Assembly (NCBI GenBank): GCA_014905635.1
Contig: CM026547.1
Span: 2,542,001 to 2,606,000 of the forward strand
Length of the DNA stretch: 64,000 nt
Direction: 5' to 3'
From: Scenedesmus sp. PABB004
Lineage: Eukaryota
Both the position numbers and the translations under genes were made by a program. Below, piece after piece: positions 54,993-64,000 of the stretch (position 1 is its first letter; the number at the start of each line of letters is the position of its first letter). Below the pieces are notes generated by a model, which ran no database searches, was not told the origin of the DNA, and worked only from the letters and a program-made list of their open reading frames with translations.

Positions 54993-57528
54993 ATGGCGGC
55001 CGCCGACCTGGAGGAGCAGAAGAAGCTGCTGCTGCCCATCCTGCAGGTGCGCCTCGCGCGGGCAGCAGCGCCGGCGCAACTGCACGCGGCGGGGGCAGCC
55101 CGGCGTCGCGCCGCTGCTCGCCGCGCCGAGCCCGCGGCGCCGCGCCGAGCCCGCGGCGCCGCGCCGAGCCCGCGGCGCCGCGCGCCGCCGCGGTCGCAGC
55201 GCGCGGAGGAGATCCAGGCCGTGGAGCCGCGCATGGCGTACTACTGCCGCCTGTACGCGATCAAGAAGGTGCGGGGGCGCCGCCCGCCGGGCGAGGCGAG
55301 GCGCGGCGCGCAGCGGCAGCGGCGAGCAGCGGCGGCGCTGCCGGGCAGCGACGACGGCAGGCCAGCCGGCGGCGGCAGTGGCGCCAGACGGCGGGGCGTC
55401 GCCGCCCGCCGGGCGCATGCATGCGCCGCAGGCTGCGCGCCCAGCCCCCGCGCGCGCCGCCGACCCTCTCTGCCCCCCGCCGCGCGCGCAACCAGGGCCT
55501 GGAGATCCCCGCGCCGACGCGCGAGATCAGCGGGCTCATCAAGGCCACGTTTGCGCAGTGCGAGAAGGACAAGCCGGCGGTCAAGCCGGCCGCGGCGGAG
55601 GACCGGGCGTACTGCGAGGCCTTTGCGCTGACGGTGTTCCGCCGCGCCGACAAGGTCGACCGCGCGGGGCGGGCGGACATCAACACCTGCAAGGCCTTCT
55701 ACGCCGCCGCCATCTTCCTGCAGGCGCGCCGCAGCCGCGCGGGCGGGCGCGGCCGGCAGGCGGGGCGGCGCCGGCGGGCGCTGCGGCCCGGCAGCGCGCG
55801 TGGCTGACGGGGACGCCGGCCCGCGCCGCCGCGCGCTGCTCTGCGCACGCGCCAGGTGCTGGAGCAGTTTCTTGAGAGCGGGGAGGAGCAGGAGGTCGCG
55901 GCGCCCGACCTGCTGGAGAAGACGCGCTACGCGCTCTGGCGCGCGGCAGAGATACGCAAGGCCCTGCGCGAGGGCCGCGCGCCCGCGCCGCCGCCCGACA
56001 TCGGCGCGCAGCCCGGCGGCGACCTCTTTGCCGGCCCCGCGTTCGACCCCGCCGCGCCGCAGCCCGACGCGCCGCCGCCCGACGCGGCGCCGCCGCCGGC
56101 GGGTGCGCGCCGCTGCGCGCAGGGGAGGTGTCGCCCGCGCGCGGCCGCCGGGGCGCGCGGGGCGCTGCTGCTGCCGCTGCTGCGGCCGCGCCGCTGCGCT
56201 CAGCGCGCCCCGCGCCGCGCGCCCCGCGCAGGCGGCGCGCCCCTGGACAGCGTGGCCTCGTCCGCCGACGACTTCCTGAGCCTGCCCCGCCCGCCCAGCA
56301 CGACGCCGCCCGCGGGCACGCGCGGCCTCGTCGCGCCCGCGGCGGCGGCGGGGCCGCGCTTCCGCCCCGGCTCGCGCGTGTGGGCGGTGACGCACTGCGA
56401 GGCCGACGGCGTGGGGCTGCCCGAGGAGGGGACGGTCGGCATGCTGGTCAGCGCCAGCGGCGGCCCCGGCGGCCAGGCGGTGTACAAGGTGCGGCGCAGC
56501 GGGGGCGGCGCGCCGCACCACTAGCGGGCAGCGCGCGCAGCGGCGTCGCTGCCAGCAGCAGCGGCTGGCGCGCGGCGTCTGCGCCCCTCCTCCTCCACCA
56601 ACCTTGCCTTCCCCCCTCCGTCCCCCGCGCCCGCAGGTGGCGCTGCGTGACCGGCTGGAGGAGCTGCACGACAGCCAGCTCGCGCCCGCGGCGGGCGCCG
56701 GCGAGCGCGTGAGCCTCGTCGCGGCGCACGGCGAGTGGCCGCAGCCCGCGAGCGTCATCGCCGCCAACTGCGAGCGCTGGTGCGCGCCTGCCGCCTCGGG
56801 CGCCCTCCGCTCGCACGGCCGCCGCTGCGCGGCGCGCCGACGCTGCTGGCTGCGCCCGCCCCCTGGGCCGTCCCGCGCCAGGCCCTGCACCTACCTACTT
56901 CAGCTCGACAGCGGCGCCACGCTCGACACCGACGGCGGGCACGTCACCCCGCTCGCGCCAGGCGAGGCGGCCGTGGCGCCGCCCGAGCCGGCGGCGGCAC
57001 CAGCAGGTGGCCCCCTGCGCGGCCGCGCCGCCGCTGCCGCGGCCTCGCCCCAACAACGCTCAGCGCCTGCCCCCGCGCCCCGCCCCGCCCTGCTCAGGTG
57101 GCGCATACCCAGCAGTCGGCGGGCCGCCGCCGCGCGCGCCGCCGCTGGTGGGCCCGCCGGTGCCGCAGCAGCCGCCGCCGCCGCAGCCCGTGGCGCCGCC
57201 GCCGCCCCCGCAGCAGCCCGTGGCGCCGCCGCCGCCGCCGCCGGCGGCGCAGCCGCGCGCCGCTGCCAGCTACCCGGGCCAGCCGGCGCCGCGCGGCGCG
57301 GCGGCGCACGCGGCGCCGCCGCACGCGTCGCACGGCGGCGCGCCGGCGGGCGGCGCGGCGCCCGCGGGCGGCGCTGGCGCGTTTGCGCCGTCGCCGTCTG
57401 CGATCACCGAGGCCCAGAAGTACGCCAAGTATGCAGCGAGCAGCCTGGCGTTTGACGACGTGGCGGGCGCGGTGAAGTACCTGAGCGACGCGCTGCGCCT
57501 GCTCACGGGCCCGGCGGCGGCGCGGTGA
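54993..57528 (+). CDS. VTA1: VTA1/LIP5 (VPS4 cofactor, ESCRT) with an extra internal domain
   Basis: MIT region LLLPILQRAEEIQ..MAYYCRLYA, FALTVFRRADKVDRAGRAD..KAFYAAAIFLQVL and RYALWRAAEIRKALREGR. C-terminal VSL domain AITEAQKYAKYAASSLAFDDVAGAVKYLSDALRLL. GC donor at 55724. Confidence 0.92.
55121..55177 (+). repeat. Intronic 19-bp tandem repeat x3 (ccgcgccgagcccgcggcg)
   Basis: Read directly in VTA1 intron 1. Confidence 0.85.
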
Positions 57529-57783
57529 CGCACAGCTGCGGGGGCTGGTGTGTGTGTGTGGGGGGGGGGGCATGGCGGCCGCGCGCGCGGCCGGCGTCGC
57601 GGCTGGGGGGACGCAGCGTGAGGGGGCGTGGAAACTGTTTCGACCGGCTGCGACGGCGGCCGCGGGCAGCGCGGTCGGTCAACCGGGGTTGATCAACCGC
57701 GGTCAACGCTCAGGCCCCCCGCCCCCTCGCTCGGCTCGGCTGCCCGGGGGGCAGCACAACCCAACGCAACAGACGCGCGCGCC

Positions 57784-60700
57784 TCATGCCGCGGGGTTGC
57801 GCCAGGCGCGCGTGCGCGCCATCTCAACGTGCAGGTTGCGCGGGTGCGGCGCGCGCGGCGCGGGCTCGACGTGCCAGCCCATGCCCGGCGGCTGCTCGGT
57901 GTCGTCGGTGGCGAGCCCGACCGCCGTGACGAGCGGGCCGTAGTCGGGGCGCGGCAGGCGGAAGCGCAGCGACGCGGAGAGGTTGTGGAAGGTCGCGTAC
58001 GCCGCCGAGTGCGTGACGCCCCACGCCGCGTCGCCGGAGGCCTCAAACGGCCGCGTGCCGAGGCCGAGGGCGATGTCGGTGAAGAGGTTGGCGTAGGGAG
58101 ACGAGCGGTGGGCGTCGAGGTTGAGGTCCAGCCCCCGCCCGCCGCTGAACACGGACCCGTGCTCCGTGCCCGCGACCGTGACGTCGTGCACGAAGCGGTG
58201 CGTGATCACAAAGCTGCGCGCGGCGCAGGGCCGCGGCGTGAGCGCAGCCGGCGGCTGAGGCCGGTGGCCGGCGGCCGCCCGGTGCCCGACCGGGCGCGCC
58301 ACGCTGCGTGCTGCGGCCCCACTTTTTGACGAGGCAGTCGCTGCCGTGCTCCATCCAGATGCCGCGGTGCCCATTGAGCCAGCCGCGCGGCGCCGAGTTG
58401 GAGAGGCGCAGGTCGTCGATGGTGGTGAAGGTGCAGCCCCAGAGGTAGACGCCCATGTCGCTGTTGTTCACGCCCACCCCCCGCACCCAGCCGTGGGACA
58501 CCTGGTTGAGGTGCAGACCGTTCCAGCCCCGCTCCTGCGCGGCGCGCCGCCGCGGGGTGGTGGGGGTGGTGCGCGCGGCACGGCGCCGGACCCCGGCGGC
58601 CCTCGCGCCGCGCGCTGTGTGCCGCGCGCGGCGCACACCTTGAAGTGCCCCTCGTACGGCGTCCAGGGGAAGTCGAGCGTGAAGTTCTCAAACCCCGCGT
58701 CGGTGAACATCGGCGCGTAGCGGTGAAGCTCGGGCGACCAGCGCAGGTCGACCTGCGCGCGCGGCGCGGCTCGGCGCGGCCCGGCGCTGCGCGGCGCGGC
58801 GTGCCGGCAGGGTCGGCGGTGCGCTCACAGTCCCGCGGTCGCGCACCTTGACCGGCACCGCGCGCTCGGTGCGCACCCAGTCGGGCCCCGCCGCGACGAC
58901 GCGCGTGAGGAAGCGCACGGGGTCGGGCGCCCCGCGCTGCGCGGGCGTCGCGGGCACGAGGCCGCCGTTGAGCTCGGCAATGAGCGACCCGTCCCCCGGG
59001 TCACGCATCAGCAGGCGGTACCACGAGCCCACCGCCAGCCCCGCGGTCGACGCGACGCGCAGCACGCGCTCGCCGCGCGCCGCGCCCTGCGGCGGCGCCA
59101 GCGGCGGCACCGGCGGCGGTCGCGGCGGCCGGCGTGGGCGGCACGCGCGGCGAGGGTTCAGGGGCAGCCAGGCGGCGGCGCCAGCCCGCACCGCGGTGAC
59201 GGCGGTGAGCCGCGTGAAGTCGCGCCCGGTGGGGTCCCAGCCGCCCATGTTGATGAGCCCCGTGCCGTGGCTGTACTGGCTCACGCCCTTCCAGGAGCCC
59301 TCGGTCCAGGTGTTGCCGTAGAGGTCGGTGAGGGACTTGGGGAAGCGCAGCACCGTGCGGTCGCGGCCCTCGCCGCGCAGCACGAGGGGCTTGCGGATGT
59401 TGATGACCGACGTCAGCACGTACACGCCTGTGGCCGCGGGGGGGGGGGGGGGGAGCCGCGGGGCGCCGCGGCGCGAGCGACGCGCGGGGGCGTGAGGCGG
59501 TGAGCTCGAGCGTGGCGCCGGCGGCTGGGCTGCCATGGCCGGCCGTGGCGCCGCGCAGCACGCGCCGCACCCACCGGCGGGCATGAAGATGGCGCCGCTG
59601 GGCGTGGCCTCGATCGCGCGCAGCAGCGCCGACGTGTCGTCGGTCGTGCCGTCGCCGCGCGCGCCAAACTGCGTCTTCAGGTTGACCGCCACCGGCAGCA
59701 CCGGCGGCGTCGCGCCAAAGCGGTAGCCCGCCCAGCCCCAGTCATAGCCGAGGCGGCCCCGGGGGCTCCACAGCTCGCCCTGTGCGAGCGAGGGCGGCGG
59801 CCGGCCGCTGAGTGCCGGGGCCAGGGGCGGCGGCGAGGGCGGCGGCGAGGGGCGGCCGCGCGCGCGCTCTCTGCGCGCGCCGCGCGGCGCACGTTGCAGC
59901 CCCACAGGATCGACGGCGCGCCGGCGTCGGGCGGGCAGCGCGGGCAGGCGGGGTCGGTGGTCGCGAAGCAGCACTTGGTGCCGTTGGAAAGGCAGCCGTA
60001 CCCCGGGCCGCGCACGACCGGCGCGACGGGCGTCGGCAGCGGGCGGCCGCGCGCCCGGCGCTGCGCGGCCCACAGGTCGTACGGCCACACGTCCGGCCGG
60101 CTCTCCACGTACCAGCCCGCCTCCACGCCGCCGGCGGGCTGCGCAGCGCGCGTGGCGGGTCAGCGCCGCGAGGCTGCCGGGGGCTAGGGACGGCTCGGCC
60201 GCTCCCCACAGGGGGGCAGCCGCGCCGTCAGCGGCGCCGAGCGCCTGCCGCGCCGCGCGTGCAGGCGGGCGGGCGCCGCACCATCGCCGCGTTCTCCGCG
60301 CCCACCCAGGTCGTGGCGGGCGCCCAGCCCGGCGGCGGCAGCACGAGCGAGTCGTTGGCGGTGCGCACGTTCCAGAGGGTGTTGCGCCCCGCCGCGTCCT
60401 GCCCGCGCGCGACCCAGCCAAAGGGCGCCGACGCGGCGCCGAGGTGTATGTTGGTGAAGAGGTTGCCCGCCGGCGCGCCGTACTGCAGGTCCAGGCTGAC
60501 GTCGGTGCCGCGCCCGTTGGCGACGACGTTGCCGACCGCAAAGCTGCTCGTCGTCACCGAGCCGACGAAGCGCGTGCGGAAGTCAAAGCCGTTGACCAGG
60601 TTGTCAGAGGTGCCCTGCGCGCAAACGCGCGCCGCGCCGGCGTCGGCGGCTCGGCACGCGGGCGCGTGCGCGCGGCGGCGCGCAGCGGGCGGCCGGGCGG

Positions 60701-62615
60701 GGCGGCCGGGCCGGCGGCGCGCCTTGTTCCAGATGCCGCGCGTGCCGGTGAACGGCGCGGCCGGCGTCACGGGGCGGGTGGAGGTGAAGGTCACGTTCTC
60801 GACGCTGTTGAACGCGCCCGAGTCAAACACGACGCCCAGCTCCGCGTTCTCAAACACCACGTTGCGCACCCAGCTGTGCGCGGTGCTATAAAAGTAGAGG
60901 CCGTTGTGGCCCGCCTCCTTGTACTCGCCGGCAAAGGGCGCGGCGCCGGGGAAGCTGGGCAGCGCGCGCGGGTGTGAGCGGCGCGTGGGTGTGTGGGCGG
61001 CGGCGCGGCGGCGGCGCGGCATCAGCGCGGCGGCGGCGCAGCAGCGCGCCGCGCACCGCAGCGTCATGTCTGCGACGCCCGTGAAGTTCCGCTTCATGCC
61101 GCCGCGCTCGCTGACCCAGTCGTGCATCTCGGGGCGCCACGCGGTGCTCACGCTGAACGGCAGCGCCCGCTCCAGCTCGATGCGGGGCGGGTTGGACAGC
61201 ACCGCCTTGACGCGGCTCGCCCACCGGATGGCGGCGGCGCGGTTGTTCAGCGCCGCGGTCGGCTCCGCCAGGCCCTGGTTGAGGCTGCGCAGCAGGCCGC
61301 CGTCCACGTTGTCCATCACGATGCGCACCACCTGCGCGCCGCCGGCACGGCGCCGTGCGCACGGCCAGCGGCAGCTGGGCGCCAGGGCCCGGGGGCGGCG
61401 GCGGCGCGCGCGCGCCGACCGCGCGTCGCGCGCGCCGACCCGGCGCCACCCGCGGCCGCGCGCGCACCATGCCCGGCTGCAGCCCGGTGAGCGCGTCCAC
61501 GGCGAGCACGGTGGCGCCGGCGTACGCGTTTGCGGTGACGGCCGCGAGGCGCGTGCTGGGGTCGGGGGCGCCGCCGCCGTTGAAGTTTATGAACCCTGGG
61601 CCCCACCCGTACTGGCTCACGCCGCCCGGCCAGGTGTTGCCGTACACCTCGCCCAGGGAGCGCGGGAAGGACAGCACCGTCGCGCCCGCGCCCGCGCCCT
61701 GCAGGAAGATGCGCTTGTCGATGTCCAGCCGCTGCGGCGCGGCGCGGCGGCGGCGCGGCAGCGGCGGCGGCGCGCGGGTGAGCCGGCGGCCCCCCGGCGA
61801 GCGGGGCGCAGCGCGCGCGCGCTGCGGCGGGCGGGCGCGCACGCGGGTGATGATGTAGGTGCCCGCCGGCACCACGAGCGTGCCGTCGGCGGTGATCGTC
61901 TGCAGCGCGAGCTCAAACGCGGCGGTGTCGTCGGCAACGCCTGCGCGCGATCGCGCCGCCGCCGCCGCTCAGCCGCCGTGCGGCGCGGCCGGCGCGCCCC
62001 GCCGGCCGCGCGGCCGGCGCGCACCGTCGCCGCGCGCGCCAAACACGGTCTTGACGTTGGCCATCTCTGGCAGGCGCGGGAGGGCGTAGTCACCGTACGA
62101 CATGCCCGCGAACGACCAGTCGGCCAGGCGGCTGCTCGGCCGCACCCACAGCTCGCCGGCGCAGCCAAAGAGTGGTGACGGCGCTGGCGCGGCGGCAGGG
62201 GGAGCGGGAGCGGGGGCGGGGGTGAGCCGCCTCGGCGGCGGCCTGGCGGCGGCCTGGCGGTGCGTGCGGCGGCGGGCCGGCCGGTGACGCCGGCGGCGCT
62301 CACTCGGCGCGCCCGGCGGGCAGGGCGGACAGCCGGGCCACGCGCCCGCGACCGTGCAGCACTTGGCGCCGCCGGCGGCGGGGTCGCAGCCGTAGGCCGC
62401 TGCGGCGCGGCGCGGCGCACGGCGTGAGGTCGTGCCGCAGCCGGGGGCCGGCGGCGCCCTGCGCCGGCAGCGCGCTCACGTGCGCTCTGAGCGCTGCACA
62501 CGCCCGCGCTGCCGTCGCACGTCGCCTGGCCCGCTGCGCGGCCCGCCGCCGCCAGCAACACCACCAGCGCTGCCAGGGGCCCTGCTGCCGCACCGGCCGG
62601 TCGGTGGCGGCGCAT
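57784..62615 (-). CDS. Secreted protein with two tandem pectate_lyase_3/GH55-like right-handed beta-helix modules
   Basis: Signal peptide ([17 protein letters not shown]). Module 1: DWSFAG..NVKTVFGARGDGVADDTAAF..VPAGTY..LQGAG. Module 2: DWGWAGY..NLKTQFGARGDGTTDDTSAL..MPAGVY..LRGEG. Both end in NLFTxI-type coils. The frame is continuous across about 14 introns; stop at 57784. Confidence 0.8.
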
Positions 62616-63097
62616 GGCTGCGGGCGGCAGGCTCGCGCCGGTCGCGCGCGGGCGTGGACTCGCAGTCAACGCCGCGTCGGGCGAGGTGCGCGGGCTGCGG
62701 GAAGCTGCCGGTGTGGCCCAGAACGGTGAACTCAGGCGGCAGCGCAGCCCCTGGGCGGGATGCGGGTCGGTTGCGACGCCGCCGGTGGGCGACGAACTGC
62801 CGTCAGGGCAGGGCTCCGCCGGCGGTTGAGGGTGGCCCGGCGCCTGCGGCCCGGCACAGGCGCCGTCGATCGCTGCCGCTCGGGCGTAGCAGACCGGGCG
62901 TAGCAGGCCGGACGGGGAGGAGGTGCTCAAACACTGCGCGCCAGCTGTCTCCCTGCCCAGGCCGCGCCCGCTGGCGCCCGGCGAGGAGCGAGCTGATCCA
63001 GAGGTCTCGGCACCGCCACGCCCGCGGCCAGCTGAACGGCAGCCCGCCCGCAGCAGCAGCAGCAGCAGGCAGCTCTGCACACGCGGCTGGGGCAGCC

Positions 63098-64000
63098 ATG
63101 GCGCCCTCGCGACCGCCCGACGACCTGAGCGCCCAGGAGGAGGCGGCGCTGCACGCCAGCCTGTGCCTGCTCGACGCCGCGGGCAGCGAGGGCGGCAAGG
63201 GGCTGGACTGGGGGCGCGGCGTGTTCCGCAAGCCCAACCCCCGCGCCCTGGAGGCCCTGCTCTTCCACTGCTGCGCCGTAGTGAAGGGCAAGGCCGCCGC
63301 CAAGAAGGTGCGGCCGCGTCGGCGCCGGCCAGCGCGCAGCGCGCGGCGGCGGCGCTGGGTGCGCGCTCCCACCGCCCGACCCTACGCGCGCGCAGCACTT
63401 CAAGGGCTGCTGGCCGCTGCTGGACAAGGACCGCAAGCAGGCCAAGGACTTTTACCAGGTGCGCCGCCGCGACAGGGCTGCCGCCACGCCGCCGCGCGGC
63501 GCCGCTCACGGCGGCCGCGGCCGCTCGGCGCCGCTGTCGCAGAAAGCCCAGGACTGGCTCAAGGAGGCGGGGCAGCTGGACGCGCACGGCCACTCGCTGG
63601 CGCCCTTCCAGCGCAACCCGTCGGGGCCCAAGTGAGACCCCTGCAGAGCGCGGGCGCGGCCGCCCGTCCCCAGCCGCGCCCGGGCTCACGCAGAGAGGCG
63701 CCCCGCGCCGCGCCGCAGGCTCGTCTCCTTCCTGTGTGACCTCACGTTCTGGGCCCTCGGCGTGCAGCACGAGCGCATGTACCCGGACGACGCGCCGCCG
63801 GGCCGCGACGTCGGGGACGACGCCGCGCTGCTTGCAGCGCTGGCGGAGCCGCTGGTCACCGCGGCGCGGGCTCAGAACCAGCGCCAGGTGCAGCGCCTGC
63901 TGGCGGCGTGCCAGGCGGGCGCGCAGGTGCAGGCGCAGGCGGAGGCGGCCGCCGCACAGCTGCGGGACATGTACTACGCCCTCACCGCGCAGCTCAAGGA
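63098..64000 (+). CDS. HAUS6: Augmin/HAUS subunit 6 N-terminal region (runs off the right edge)
   Basis: EAALHASLCLL..VFRKPNPRALEALLF..FKGCWPLLD..QAKDF..GPKLVSFLCDLTFWAL matches the HAUS6_N pattern (FRxxN, WPxxD..xxDFR, GxxFVxLL). Confidence 0.75.

Noticed and set aside
1..64000. Hundreds of long overlapping Arg/Ala/Gly/Pro-rich ORFs in all six frames (e.g. 4833-7865, 29860-32235, 49924-53679)
   Set aside because: Stop codons are rare at this GC level. These ORFs are intron read-throughs or antisense shadows of the spliced genes and are not evidence of overlapping genes.
12701..64000. Functional 'microtubule gene cluster' (Aurora-like, LF2-like, kinesin-14, dynein, HAUS6)
   Set aside because: These genes are interspersed with unrelated ones and mix spindle and axonemal roles. 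One window cannot show enrichment over chance.

Overview
Eukaryotic nuclear DNA, extremely GC-rich (roughly 80% by eye), gene-dense and intron-rich. The gene content, the UGUAA-type poly(A) signals and the G|GTGCG...CGCAG introns point to a chlorophyte green alga, probably Sphaeropleales/Scenedesmaceae-like (inference). The supplied ORF track is mostly GC-driven read-through noise, so I rebuilt spliced gene models by hand. I find 19 protein-coding genes, almost all alternating in strand. In order: partial unknown (-), SEL1-repeat protein (+), membrane-anchored M1 aminopeptidase (-), F-box protein (+), small protein with a calmodulin-binding-like helix (+), Cys-type glutathione peroxidase (-), DnaJ-like Zn-finger protein (-), Aurora-like kinase (+), intronless CCRK/LF2-like CDK (-), GT11-like secreted protein (+), peroxisomal 2,4-dienoyl-CoA reductase (-), VASt+TM+DysF protein (+), plastid-targeted unknown (-), kinesin-14 (-), a 21-kb outer-arm dynein alpha heavy chain with about 61 coding exons (+), NAA40 (-), VTA1/LIP5 (+), a secreted tandem beta-helix protein (-) and partial HAUS6 (+). 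The most striking signal is splicing: 19 of the 60 dynein introns I traced need a GC 5' splice site (mostly AG|GCGCG), and GC donors recur in at least seven other genes. No tRNA, rRNA, CRISPR array or intact transposon was recognised. Exon boundaries are manual and need RNA-seq confirmation.
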